Assembly: GCA_015233195.1 (NCBI GenBank)
Contig: JADFYE010000011.1
Location: forward strand, 4,472-68,471
DNA length: 64,000 nucleotides
Direction of reading: 5' to 3'
From: Candidatus Omnitrophota bacterium
Lineage (GTDB): Bacteria; Omnitrophota; Gorgyraeia; Zapsychrales; Zapsychraceae
Below the pieces are notes generated by a model. The model made no database searches. It saw only the letters and a program-made list of their open reading frames with translations, and had not been told where the DNA came from. This document shows, in pieces, positions 38,510 through 49,231 of this stretch (within the stretch, counting starts at the first letter, position 1; each line of letters begins with the position of its first letter). Position numbers and translations under genes: made by a program.

Positions 38510-39508
<999 letters not shown>

Positions 39509-39536
39509 TTTAAAATAAAAGTTTAAAAATAAAAAA

Positions 39537-39557
39537 GGGTGCGATAATATCGTGCCC
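39537..39557. terminator. Bidirectional terminator between convergent gap (+) and the GT2 gene (-)
   Basis: GGGTGCGAT-AAT-ATCGTGCCC stem flanked by AAAAAA on the left and TTTTTT on the right. Confidence 0.8.
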
Positions 39558-39561
39558 TTTT

Positions 39562-41205
39562 TTATTTTCTCGTCTTATCCGTTACCCAAAATTCCATATA
39601 TTTTCCGAACATCAAGCGGGTTTGCGCGTCGAGAGCAGGTAGGGCGCTTAATCCTACCAATACAAAAGGTATGGCGAGCCATTCGAAGATGTGACCAAGT
39701 TTTTTTGCCCACTTGTGATCACCTTTTGGTTCAGGAAGCATGGCAATGCTTAATAAAATAGAAATGAATAAAGATATCGAGGACAACTGAAATATAGTTC
39801 GGGTTATGTGCGGTTCGTTGTAATAAAGTACGGAATTGTTATATTGCTGCCCGGCAATAAGCGCGGGAAACCAGCTCATAGTGGTTAAAAGAAAGCCCCA
39901 GGTTGCCCAGGATACGTGGTCTTCCAGCATTTTGAATCCATGCCGGATTTTATTATATACAGAAATATTTGGACTTCTTAAAAATCCCCGGATAAGTATT
40001 GGGAAATTTTCAACCCCATACGCCCAGCGTCGTCTTTGTTTATAAATATTTTTTATTGTGGTTTTCCAGTCTTCTGCCATGGTTGCGTCCATGGATAAAG
40101 TTGCATAGATTGGGATTACCTGATATTTTCCCTCGTAGAATATGTAAGCTTTCCAGAATATTGCTGAGTCGTCGGATATCATGTCTTTTGGCCAATAGCC
40201 TATATCGTGTAAAGCTTTGAAACTCATGCTGTGGCTGGAAAAGGTAACTAATTTTTCCGGGTTGGTAGATTCAATTAATTGGAAGAATGAAGAACCGGTT
40301 TCCATAACCCGCGAGAATGCTGGTACGGTCCAGATATTATTGTGGTATACCGGTATAGGTTGATAACTGGCATGTTCCCGGTCGGGTGTGGTCATGAACG
40401 CGTAAGTTAAGGCGGAAAAATATTTTTTGTCTACTACAGTATCAGCGTCGAAACAGGAAACTATGACATTGCTAAGATCTATATTGTTGTCTTGAAAATA
40501 TTGGGTGCAATGCGTGGCAGCGTAAGAAGCATTAGCGCCTTTTACTCTAGCTTCTCCAGGAAGGTTTGACGGGTGTATAACAACTAAAAAATCCAAAAAC
40601 ATATTTTTAAATTCTTTTTGTAATTTTTCCGCGGCTTTTTTTGTGGTCGCAGGCGCGCGTTCTTCAATGGCTAATGTGACTAATATTTGCTTGCAGGAGA
40701 TTTCCTGCTCGATTAGAGATATTATTCCTGGACGTAGTATTTCCTCATCTTCTTTTGCTGCAGGTATTATAACTAAATGGATCAGGTCATTTGATATAGG
40801 AGGTAATGCCGGACAACGTAATAGTTTTTTCAGGTTACTATGATGTATTCCGCTGGATATAAGTTTATCAAGGGAGCGCGACCCTGACTCGTTTTTTAAT
40901 GTAGTGTTTAGGTGTAATTCGTCGATCTCTTTAATTCGATTCAGCCAAGGGGTTTTACTTTCCACGTTGAAGCGTAAATAAGATAAGGTGAGAAGTATAG
41001 TCATATATAGCAAGCGGATGAACCAGAAAAATATCAGGGCTATGGCTATGATCGAAGCCATTAAAGGCGCGGTGAAAGATAGTATGGTGATTGATAATAA
41101 TATTGTCCAACTGACAATCCCGGGTAATTTTTCGAGAAATATTTGTAAACGTTTTTCGTTTTGGGGGATGTCGGTTTTAGAATATATGAATTTGTGGTTT
41201 GGCAT
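39562..41205 (-). CDS. Membrane-embedded processive family-2 glycosyltransferase (cellulose-synthase-like)
   Basis: N- and C-terminal TM clusters flank a GT-A domain with FDADTVVD (DxD) and QRRRWAYG (QxxRW). Confidence 0.8.
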   Translation of the reverse strand: MPNHKFIYSKTDIPQNEKRLQIFLEKLPGIVSWTILLSITILSFTAPLMASIIAIALIFFWFIRLLYMTILLTLSYLRFNVESKTPWLNRIKEIDELHLNTTLKNESGSRSLDKLISSGIHHSNLKKLLRCPALPPISNDLIHLVIIPAAKEDEEILRPGIISLIEQEISCKQILVTLAIEERAPATTKKAAEKLQKEFKNMFLDFLVVIHPSNLPGEARVKGANASYAATHCTQYFQDNNIDLSNVIVSCFDADTVVDKKYFSALTYAFMTTPDREHASYQPIPVYHNNIWTVPAFSRVMETGSSFFQLIESTNPEKLVTFSSHSMSFKALHDIGYWPKDMISDDSAIFWKAYIFYEGKYQVIPIYATLSMDATMAEDWKTTIKNIYKQRRRWAYGVENFPILIRGFLRSPNISVYNKIRHGFKMLEDHVSWATWGFLLTTMSWFPALIAGQQYNNSVLYYNEPHITRTIFQLSSISLFISILLSIAMLPEPKGDHKWAKKLGHIFEWLAIPFVLVGLSALPALDAQTRLMFGKYMEFWVTDKTRK

Positions 41206-41209
41206 AGGA

Positions 41210-42643
41210 TTAAGGTAAAATATTTATAATGATCAATTGTTGAGTTTTATCGTCTATATAAAAAAGTTTTCCAGCTTTTTCCGAATAAAATATCCGGTTT
41301 TGTGTAGAGGTTATCATGGAAATTTCGCGGGAACATATCATATCTACATCAGTTAAATTTACCTGATCTCCGTCTTTAAAAATTATTTGGGAACCATGGT
41401 TAACTGGGAAAGCTTGGGTTATATTTTTACCGTTATTAATTACCCAGGTTATGGTCGGTCCAGTTTCGAACAGCCCTTCTCGTCGGGTTTCAGCGAAATC
41501 GATTATGCCTATTTGGCTGGTGGTCCATACTAAAAGTTTTTTTCCTTCAGCTAAAGGTATAAATCCTTTGCAGTTTTTTTCAATCAATTTATAAGGCAAA
41601 CCATTCCATAATAATTGTCCGTCTTGACTTAAAAATAGAGTAGTGTTGTTAAGTACAGTTATCCGGTATTGTTCTGTTTCCTGGAATTCTTTGGGTAAGG
41701 TCTCAAGTCCACCGGTAAGTTTTTCGCGTTTGGGTTGACGGTAATCGATCTTGTTAAAATGGTCACCGGTATCTACTACATATAATTGCCGTCCATGCAG
41801 ACCAAAACCTTTAGTATTAGTCGCGATCTGAGGGAAAATGCCTTTATTTTTAACATCAATGCGGGATATGTCTTTTGAATTAGTATAAAAAATATTGTCA
41901 TTGTCTTCGGCTGACCAAAATATGTTTTCAGGTTGAGACGTGAATAATAAGGAAATATCAGAAAATTCGGTTGGAGTAGATAGCGGGTCTACCCATATGA
42001 ATGCTGGATTCTCAGTTACAGTGGCATTTGATAATTTGAGTAATAGGTTAGTGCTTTCTTCTATTGTAATTATATCGGTGATATTTTCTGGCAGATTTTG
42101 ATTTGATGAATTGAATAAAGGTGATAATTTGTCATTCTCGTCCATATTATTGTTATTTAGGTTTATAGGTAAGGCTGGAGTGGACCAGCGATAAACGTAA
42201 ATCCCGTTGGTTTTATTATCTTGCGGAATAAGAAGTAAAGCTCGCTCGTCTATAGGCAGCATTTTTTGAAATTTAAAAGCAGTGATGGCGCGTTTTGCCC
42301 AAACTTGCGGGATAAGAAAAATGTTTTCAAGTACGGTAGCTTGTTCTTCTATTACTGGTACTACTTTATGCCAAGTGTGATAGCTGCTGATGGATATAGT
42401 TATGTCATAGTTGCCGGGTTTGAGGTTGCGGATAACAGTTGGGGTGCGTTCATTGAATAGTTTTCCGTTAATGTGTACTTTAGCATTTGAAGGCAGAGTT
42501 GACAGGCTGATGACGCCAGTTTTCATTATTGGTTTTTGCGGACGGATAACTATGCCTAACGCGTCAAATATAATAATTGGACACATAATCAGGTATAGCA
42601 AGGTGAATAAATAAAAAAGTATTTTTCGGATTTTCGATAGCAT
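41210..42643 (-). CDS. Membrane-anchored PEGA-domain protein with large beta-rich C-terminal region
   Basis: N-terminal TM. PEGA-type segment LSTLPSNAKVHINGKLFNERTPTVIRNLKPGNYDITIS. 4-nt gap to the downstream GT2 gene. Confidence 0.7.
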   Translation of the reverse strand: MLSKIRKILFYLFTLLYLIMCPIIIFDALGIVIRPQKPIMKTGVISLSTLPSNAKVHINGKLFNERTPTVIRNLKPGNYDITISISSYHTWHKVVPVIEEQATVLENIFLIPQVWAKRAITAFKFQKMLPIDERALLLIPQDNKTNGIYVYRWSTPALPINLNNNNMDENDKLSPLFNSSNQNLPENITDIITIEESTNLLLKLSNATVTENPAFIWVDPLSTPTEFSDISLLFTSQPENIFWSAEDNDNIFYTNSKDISRIDVKNKGIFPQIATNTKGFGLHGRQLYVVDTGDHFNKIDYRQPKREKLTGGLETLPKEFQETEQYRITVLNNTTLFLSQDGQLLWNGLPYKLIEKNCKGFIPLAEGKKLLVWTTSQIGIIDFAETRREGLFETGPTITWVINNGKNITQAFPVNHGSQIIFKDGDQVNLTDVDMICSREISMITSTQNRIFYSEKAGKLFYIDDKTQQLIIINILP

Positions 42644-42708
42644 AGTTTTAGTCTTTTAAGTTTTGTGTATTATAAGGCAAAGGCTTTTATTTGGCTATCA
42701 AAAATCGT

Positions 42709-42737
42709 TTGACAGTAATTTTTTTTTAATATATCAT
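42709..42737 (+). promoter_or_regulatory. Candidate sigma70-type promoter of the mreB operon
   Basis: TTGACA (42709-42714), 17-nt spacer, TATCAT (42732-42737). Its position would exclude the ATG at 42736 as the mreB start. Confidence 0.4.
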
Positions 42738-42786
42738 GTCTATTCTTAACGAGTGTCTGTCACAACTTAACTCAAAGGAAATATTG

Positions 42787-43860
42787 ATGTTACATACTAT
42801 CTTTAAACTCTTCAAAAGATTGTCTAATTGGGTACTTGGTCTTTTTTCAAATGATATGGGTATCGACTTAGGAACTGCCACTACCTTGGTTTATGTAAAA
42901 GGCGAAGGGGTAGTATTGCGGGAACCGTCTGTGGTAGCGATTGAAAAAGATACGAACCGGGTTATTGCGGTAGGGGAAGAAGCTAAAAAAATGTTAGGTA
43001 AAACTCCGGGTAATATTGTGGCTATCCGCCCTATGAAAGATGGGGTTATTTCGGATTTTGAGATTACTGAAGCTATGCTTCGTTATTTTATTAAAAAAGT
43101 ACATCCACGCAGACCTTTGGTCCGTCCGGCAATGGTTATAGCTATTCCGTCGGGAATTACTGAAGTTGAGAAGAGGGCGGTTCGTGATTCTGCCGAACGT
43201 GCAGGCGCGCGCTCAGTTGAATTGATCGAGGAACCTAAAGCTGCGGCAGCTGGGGTTGGGCTTCCAATTGAAGAACCTGAAGGAAACATGATTATTGATA
43301 TTGGTGGTGGTACTACTGAATTCGCGGTAATTTCGTTGGGAGGTTTAGTAAATTCGAAATCTATCCGTATAGCAGGCGACAAACTTGACGCGGCTATAAT
43401 TGAATATTTGCGCAAAACCTATAATTTGATGATTGGGGAACGTACGGCTGAAGAGATTAAGATCCGTATTGGTTCGGCTTATCCGCTGGAAGAAGAATTG
43501 AATATGGATGTACGTGGACGGGATTTAATTTCTGGTCTTCCTAAAACTATTACAGTTACTTCAGTTGAGATCCGGGATGCTTTACAGGATCCGGTACAGG
43601 CGATCGTTGACGCTGCAAAATCTACATTGGAACAAACCCCGCCGGAATTAGCGGCTGATTTGATTGACCGGGGTATTGTGTTAGCAGGCGGAGGAGCTTT
43701 ATTACGCGGTATTGATAAACGGATCGCGGAAGAAACCGGTTTACCAGTGCATATCGCAGATGATCCTTTGACTGCGGTAGTTATGGGTACTGGTCATGTG
43801 TTAAATATGTCGGTGCGGTTGCGTCGTCGTATGGTGGTTCAGACTAAATTAGATTTCTAA
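42787..43860 (+). CDS. mreB: Rod shape-determining protein MreB
   Basis: [14 protein letters not shown], actin-fold phosphate and adenosine motifs ([16 protein letters not shown]). Start set at 42787 (SD AAGGAA 6 nt upstream; the N-terminal length then matches other MreB). Confidence 0.95.
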   Translation: MLHTIFKLFKRLSNWVLGLFSNDMGIDLGTATTLVYVKGEGVVLREPSVVAIEKDTNRVIAVGEEAKKMLGKTPGNIVAIRPMKDGVISDFEITEAMLRYFIKKVHPRRPLVRPAMVIAIPSGITEVEKRAVRDSAERAGARSVELIEEPKAAAAGVGLPIEEPEGNMIIDIGGGTTEFAVISLGGLVNSKSIRIAGDKLDAAIIEYLRKTYNLMIGERTAEEIKIRIGSAYPLEEELNMDVRGRDLISGLPKTITVTSVEIRDALQDPVQAIVDAAKSTLEQTPPELAADLIDRGIVLAGGGALLRGIDKRIAEETGLPVHIADDPLTAVVMGTGHVLNMSVRLRRRMVVQTKLDF

Positions 43861-43882
43861 TTTTATATAGGTTTATATTAAT

Positions 43883-44665
43883 GTGTTTGGAAATAGACGA
43901 AATAGCTCTACTTTAATTATAATCATTTGCCTTCCTGTACTTTTCTTTTTGTTCCGCAGTAATTTTTTTGACAGTTTGAAATTCAATTCTATTGATATGC
44001 TAAAAGGACCTATCCGGATATTGGCTTGGCCGGTATTGGAAGTCCGTAAAATGTTTTTGTTTCATGTGAGTTTTAGCGAGAATGTCAGGCTGCGTAAAGC
44101 TAATGAAGTTCTTAAGAGCAGGTTAGTGGGTATGGATGAATTGGTTCGGGAAAATCAGCGTCTGACTGATCTGTTATCGTTAAAACGCAAGAGTGTTTTT
44201 TCTTCAGTAGCTGCTTCAGTTATTGGTCGTGATCCTTCCTATTGGAACTCGATATTGGTTATTGATAAAGGTAGTTCCGATGGGGTAAAGCTTGGACAGG
44301 CAGTAATAAATACCGCCGGAGTAGTGGGTAAAATTATTGAAGTTGGTCGTAATTCTAGCAAAGTAGTTTTGATAACTGATCCGGAATTTAGTGTAGCTGC
44401 GGCGATCGAGGACAGCCGTGAAAGCGGGTTGGTTTCAGGAACTTTGCAGGGTCTATGCAGGATGCGTTATTTGCGCAGTAATGTTTCAGTCGCTGTAGGC
44501 AGCCGGGTAGTTACTTCGAGGATAAGTTCTTCTTTTCCTGAAAATTTAATAATAGGTAAAGTGGATCAAATAGTTCCTTCTCAAGACGCGGATTCAATTG
44601 ATTGTTTAGTAAAACCGGAAGTTGATTTTTCGCGGTTGGAAGAAGTTTTAGTGGTGGGTGAATAA
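43883..44665 (+). CDS. mreC: Rod shape-determining protein MreC
   Basis: GTG start. TM, coiled coil (ENQRLTDLL), beta-barrel region VINTAGVVGKIIEVG. mreB-mreC-mreD synteny. Confidence 0.85.
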   Translation: MFGNRRNSSTLIIIICLPVLFFLFRSNFFDSLKFNSIDMLKGPIRILAWPVLEVRKMFLFHVSFSENVRLRKANEVLKSRLVGMDELVRENQRLTDLLSLKRKSVFSSVAASVIGRDPSYWNSILVIDKGSSDGVKLGQAVINTAGVVGKIIEVGRNSSKVVLITDPEFSVAAAIEDSRESGLVSGTLQGLCRMRYLRSNVSVAVGSRVVTSRISSSFPENLIIGKVDQIVPSQDADSIDCLVKPEVDFSRLEEVLVVGE

Positions 44666-44667
44666 AA

Positions 44668-45150
44668 ATGAAAAGAAGTTTATTTATAGTTTTAGCTTGT
44701 GTGGTGTGTTTTATTATTGAATTTTTATTATTTAATTATGTGTCGCCGTGGTTGCGACCAAGTTTGATTATTATATTATTGGTGTTTGCGGATATATTTT
44801 GGAATGTGCGTTCTGCAGTTTTGGTAGCTCTGGTCGGGGGAATGCTGGAAGATAGTTTTGGTATGACTTTTGGATTTAATATGGTTGCGTATAGTGTATG
44901 CGTTTTGGCAGCTTCTTTTTTAGGTGATTATATTTATCAAAAAGGTTCGCGCTCGTCGTTGGTAGTGCTTTTATTTTTTGTGTTGGGGGTTAATGTTTTA
45001 GTGCGGTTCTTGTTGTTGGCAATGGTAGACCAGGGGATATCTGTTGGCATGGTGCTTAGCGGGATAACAGTAGATATAGTGGTTACATTATTAGTGGCTA
45101 ATATTACATTCAATGGTCTTATAAGATGCGCCTTAAAATTATACGCGTAA
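44668..45150 (+). CDS. mreD: Rod shape-determining protein MreD
   Basis: 160-aa polytopic membrane protein in the canonical position after mreC. Confidence 0.75.
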   Translation: MKRSLFIVLACVVCFIIEFLLFNYVSPWLRPSLIIILLVFADIFWNVRSAVLVALVGGMLEDSFGMTFGFNMVAYSVCVLAASFLGDYIYQKGSRSSLVVLLFFVLGVNVLVRFLLLAMVDQGISVGMVLSGITVDIVVTLLVANITFNGLIRCALKLYA

Positions 45151-46838
45151 TTATCATAGCTTTATTTGTCGGAGTTACTTTGCACCTGTTTTATGCTCAG
45201 GTAATACGCGGAAAATATTATCATAGATTAAGCGCTTATAATCGGATACGGGTAGTCCCTCTTGATGGTTGGCGAGGCTCGATCAAAGACCGTAATGGCG
45301 TGATTCTGGCTGACAATAAACTTTCCTATGATTTATCAGTAACACCGCAGGATATTAATGATGTTGAGCCTTTGTTTGATTTTCTCGAGAATGTTTTAGA
45401 TATTCCTTCTCGGGAATTGAAACTAAAATATCAGCAGAATCGGGAAGCTCCTTTTGCTCCAGTAGTTTTGGCTGAGGGTATTTCCCGGGAGAAAGCGATT
45501 GTTATCGAGGAGAATGAGTATAAGTTCCCGGCTTTATGGGTGCAAAAAACTTTCCGCAGGTATTATCCTTTAGGCAGTAATTCAGCGCATGTTTTAGGAT
45601 ATGTTGACCGGGTAAATGAGGAGACGATAGATAATTTTCAGGGTTATGGATATTCTCCGAGGAGTTTAGTCGGGTATTTGGGAATTGAAGAGTATTATGA
45701 CCGGGAATTGCGCGGTGAAGAAGGCGGTTTGCAGATTGAGGTAAATAATCGCGGTAAGCAGGTCAGGCTTTTGAGCATTAAGGATCCCAGTAAAGGTAAA
45801 GATATCGAATTGACTATTGATTCGGATATTCAAAATATAAGCAGGGAAACTTTAGGCGGCAGGCAGGGCGCGATTGTTATGTTGGATATAGATAGTGGCG
45901 AGATTTTGAGTATGGCGAGTTCGCCGGATTATGATCCGAATATTTTTGTTGATCCAGCGTTGAAAAAAGGTAAAGTGGATATTTTGCGTGATGTCCGGGG
46001 ACCTATGGTTAATCGGTCGGTACGCGGCGCTTATGCTCCGGGTTCCGTATTTAAAGTACCAATGGCGTTTGCAGGGTTAGATTTAAAAAAAATAGCTACC
46101 TATACAACTTTTAATTGCCCGGGATTTTATCAAGTCGGAGAAACTCAGTTTGGATGTTCACATGTGCACGGTGTTCAGGATTTATTTAACGCGATCGCGC
46201 ATTCATGTAATGTTTATTTTTTTAATTTAGGAAAATTGTTAGGTTCGGAAGCTATAGCATATTATGGGAGGATGTTTGGTATAGGCAGACTTACCGGCGT
46301 GGATTTGCCTTATGAAAGACCAGGATATATATCGGATAAAAAAGGTCATGTTACAGCAGGAAAGAATTGGTTTTTGGGTGACACACTAAATATGTCGATC
46401 GGACAAGGCGATACTTTGGCAACGCCTTTGCAGATAGCTAGGATGTTGGCAACTGTAGAAAGAGATGGCGTTGAAGTACAACCGCATATTATTAAGTCAA
46501 TCAATGGAGTAGTGGTTACTAAATATAATTTTACGCGAACGCTTAAACTTAATAAGAGTATTTTTGATGATATAAAAAAAGGTTTGCGTATGACTGTGTC
46601 TGAACCGACTGGTACAGGGTATGATCTTTATATGCCTGATCTTTATGTGGCAGGTAAAACTGGGACAGCTCAGACTGTTCGAGGACGGGAACCGCATGCT
46701 TGGTTTGCCGGATACGCGTTGGGAAAAGAACGTAAAGTGGCGTTTTGTATTTTTTTGGAATTTGGCGGGGGTAGTGAGAACGCGTGTATTATTGGGCGAC
46801 AGCTGCTGACGCGGATGAGGGAACAGGGGAAGATTTAA
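45126..46838 (+). CDS. mrdA: Penicillin-binding protein 2 (elongasome transpeptidase)
   Basis: N-terminal TM, SVFK (SxxK), SCN (SxN), KTGTAQ (KTG). Follows mreD. Confidence 0.92.
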   Translation: MRLKIIRVIIIALFVGVTLHLFYAQVIRGKYYHRLSAYNRIRVVPLDGWRGSIKDRNGVILADNKLSYDLSVTPQDINDVEPLFDFLENVLDIPSRELKLKYQQNREAPFAPVVLAEGISREKAIVIEENEYKFPALWVQKTFRRYYPLGSNSAHVLGYVDRVNEETIDNFQGYGYSPRSLVGYLGIEEYYDRELRGEEGGLQIEVNNRGKQVRLLSIKDPSKGKDIELTIDSDIQNISRETLGGRQGAIVMLDIDSGEILSMASSPDYDPNIFVDPALKKGKVDILRDVRGPMVNRSVRGAYAPGSVFKVPMAFAGLDLKKIATYTTFNCPGFYQVGETQFGCSHVHGVQDLFNAIAHSCNVYFFNLGKLLGSEAIAYYGRMFGIGRLTGVDLPYERPGYISDKKGHVTAGKNWFLGDTLNMSIGQGDTLATPLQIARMLATVERDGVEVQPHIIKSINGVVVTKYNFTRTLKLNKSIFDDIKKGLRMTVSEPTGTGYDLYMPDLYVAGKTGTAQTVRGREPHAWFAGYALGKERKVAFCIFLEFGGGSENACIIGRQLLTRMREQGKI

Positions 46839-46895
46839 TAGTATAGAGTGGATGGTATAGAGTATATAGAAAAAGAATAAAAAATGGTGAAGTGA

Positions 46896-46934
46896 TCCCC
46901 TCTCCGACCTCCGGGGAGAGGGCAGGGTGAGGGG
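46896..46934 (+). repeat. Hairpin repeat family B, copy 2
   Basis: TCCCCTCTCCGACCTCCGGGGAGAGGGCAGGGTGAGGGG; same architecture as 25593-25631. Confidence 0.8.
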
Positions 46935-47092
46935 TTATTTTACTATTTAAGACATTGCGCTTGCCTCGAAGAAGCCTTGGCGAAAAATATGATATTTTGA
47001 TTTTGGTTTAATTATATAATTTTTGTTGAAACAAATTTTTTATTAATCTGGTTTAAAAAAATTGATAGTATGTATTTAATAAAAGGAAAAAG

Positions 47093-47941
47093 ATGAGAAA
47101 AATTTGTTTAATTTTGTTTTTTTTAATATTAGTTATTGGTAATAATGCTTTTTCAGATGATTTGCTACAACAATTATCAGATAAAAGTCTTTTTAATAAT
47201 CAACGTGACGAGGTAGTAAATGCTTTGTTAAAATTAAAACCGACTTTGGCAATGTCTTCAGCTTTGTTAGTGATTATGAACGATAATTATTCTCCTATGG
47301 AACCTGGGATGCCTTCAAAACCTTGGATGGATGATCGCATGTCACAAAAAGCAAAAATTTGGTATGCCGCTGGTGATGTTTGGGATGCTTGGTTTCGTGA
47401 AAAGGATATTAATAAAGTAAAAATTTTGTGTGCATTGCTAAATGAAAATCATTCGAATTATATTTATTATTTGATATTTGGTGAAATGAAAAATGTTCAA
47501 TGGGATGTAGTAGCTGAAGAATCTGTTTATAATTTCACACAAGATAATAAACATGATATCGAATCTCGAGTGCATGCTTATGAAGTTTTAATGAGTCATT
47601 GTAAAGATAAATATATTGCTGAAGTTTTGAGGTTTATTGCGTCTGTACCAAAAAAAGATCAGCTAAACTATTTTTGCAATATTTTTGAGGTTGGAAATCG
47701 GTTTTTCGAATATTCTCTTCCTTCACAAAAAGAAATAATTAAATTTGGTTTTATTCTTCTTGAAGAGGATGGAAAAAATGGTTTTCAGAGTGTTAGAGCT
47801 GTTAATTTGGCACTTCAGTTAGGGTTTTTTCTTAAAATACCTGGTCAATTCGCGTCTGGTGTAGCGTTATTTCATGAATCTTCTGAGTCTATGAATACTG
47901 TAAAAAACGCGTTAAAGTGGAAGAAAGATAATAATTTGTAA
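47093..47941 (+). CDS. Secreted hypothetical protein, very AT-rich orphan gene between mrdA and rodA
   Basis: Signal peptide MRKICLILFFLILVIGNNAFS, no recognisable motif, visibly lower GC than its neighbours. Confidence 0.6.
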   Translation: MRKICLILFFLILVIGNNAFSDDLLQQLSDKSLFNNQRDEVVNALLKLKPTLAMSSALLVIMNDNYSPMEPGMPSKPWMDDRMSQKAKIWYAAGDVWDAWFREKDINKVKILCALLNENHSNYIYYLIFGEMKNVQWDVVAEESVYNFTQDNKHDIESRVHAYEVLMSHCKDKYIAEVLRFIASVPKKDQLNYFCNIFEVGNRFFEYSLPSQKEIIKFGFILLEEDGKNGFQSVRAVNLALQLGFFLKIPGQFASGVALFHESSESMNTVKNALKWKKDNNL

Positions 47942-47971
47942 TCAAAGGGAATATTTAATAGTGAAATTTAT

Positions 47972-48011
47972 CCCCTCATCCTAACCTTCTCCCCAGGGGC
48001 TGGAGAAGGGA
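47972..48011 (-). repeat. Hairpin repeat family B, copy 3 (inverted orientation)
   Basis: Reverse complement TCCCTTCTCCAGCCCCTGGGGAGAAGGTTAGGATGAGGGG. Stem change C->T is matched by G->A relative to copies 1 and 2. Confidence 0.75.
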
Positions 48012-48046
48012 TATTTATTTTTGTATAAAATTTATTAGGACATGAA

Positions 48047-49153
48047 ATGAACAAAAATGTAACTATCAGAATTTGGGTGTTTTCGATATTGATCATGCTG
48101 TTTGGTCTGGTCGGACTTTATAGCGCGACTTTTAATAACACGCGCGTTCCCCAGAAAATATTTTATGATCAAATGATGTTTACTTTAATCGCTGTGCTTA
48201 TTATGTGGGCATTAAGCAATATTGATTATCGTAAATTTTTTGATTTTGCCTATGTCGTATACGGCGCAAATGTTTTGATGTTATTTTTGGTTTTATTAAC
48301 CGGTCGCAATGCTTTAGGCGCGACTCGCTGGTTTGAAATTGCAGGATTTAGTTTTCAACCTTCTGAATTCATGAAGTTGAGCTTGATCTTGGTTTTGGGC
48401 AGGTATTATTCCAGCCGGTCTTCGAATTATATGTTTGGTTTTTATGGCAGGATTCATTATATTTTTCAGTTTATAGTCGTACCGTTTTTGTTAACAGTTG
48501 TTCCAATGCTATTGATATTCAAACAGCCGGATTTAGGTACCGCGATATTATTGTTTGGGATATTTTTAGCGATTATGTTTGTTAACGGCATACCTTATCG
48601 ATTTATGTTTAGTTTTCTGGGTATATGCGTGTTAGCTATGCCAGTGATGTGGATGTTAATGAAAGATTATCAGAAGTCGCGTTTGTTAGTTTTTTTAAAT
48701 CCCAATATTGATCCTTTAGGGTCAGGATACACTATTATTCAATCGAAGATAGCAGTAGGTTCAGGACAATTATTTGGAAAAGGCTGGTTCGCAGGAACAC
48801 AAAATCAGCTTAATTTTTTACCTGAACGCCATACTGATTTTATTTTTTCAGTAATTGGCGAGGAGTGGGGATTTTTAGGCGGGATATTTTTAATAACATG
48901 TTTTTTTGTTCTGGTCCACGCTGGATTAAGTATAGCGGATAAAGTTACAGATAAGTTCGGGGTTAATGTTACTGTGGGTATTGCTGCTATATTGGCTTTG
49001 CAAGTAGTAATTAACATTGGCATGGTCATGGGCATGTTTCCTATCGTAGGTATTACGCTTCCCTTGGTTAGTTATGGCAGGACTTCATTTTTAACTACAG
49101 CGATTATGTTAGGATTTCTTCTAAATCTGAGTAGAAAAAGATCTTTTCAATAA
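48047..49153 (+). CDS. rodA: Rod shape-determining protein RodA (SEDS family)
   Basis: QPSEFMK, KQPDLGTA, PERHTDFIFSVIGEEWGF, LPLVSYGRTS. Confidence 0.93.
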   Translation: MNKNVTIRIWVFSILIMLFGLVGLYSATFNNTRVPQKIFYDQMMFTLIAVLIMWALSNIDYRKFFDFAYVVYGANVLMLFLVLLTGRNALGATRWFEIAGFSFQPSEFMKLSLILVLGRYYSSRSSNYMFGFYGRIHYIFQFIVVPFLLTVVPMLLIFKQPDLGTAILLFGIFLAIMFVNGIPYRFMFSFLGICVLAMPVMWMLMKDYQKSRLLVFLNPNIDPLGSGYTIIQSKIAVGSGQLFGKGWFAGTQNQLNFLPERHTDFIFSVIGEEWGFLGGIFLITCFFVLVHAGLSIADKVTDKFGVNVTVGIAAILALQVVINIGMVMGMFPIVGITLPLVSYGRTSFLTTAIMLGFLLNLSRKRSFQ

Positions 49154-49231
49154 CTTTAAAATGTTTTTTAGTGCTTTTTGGTTAAGATTAGGTATATTAA
49201 AATAGTTAATATTTATCTATAAAATATTATT

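Noticed and set aside
39552-40220. Plus-strand ORFs 39552..39761, 39836..40045 and 39999..40220
   Set aside because: They are antisense to the GT2 gene, which carries the DxD and QxxRW motifs. They have no SD or motifs.
42736-42786. ATG at 42736 as the mreB start (and GTG at 36080 as the start of the coiled-coil gene)
   Set aside because: The extensions add non-conserved residues, lack an SD, and in the mreB case overlap the candidate -10 box. The internal ATGs at 42787 and 36203 have good SD spacing.
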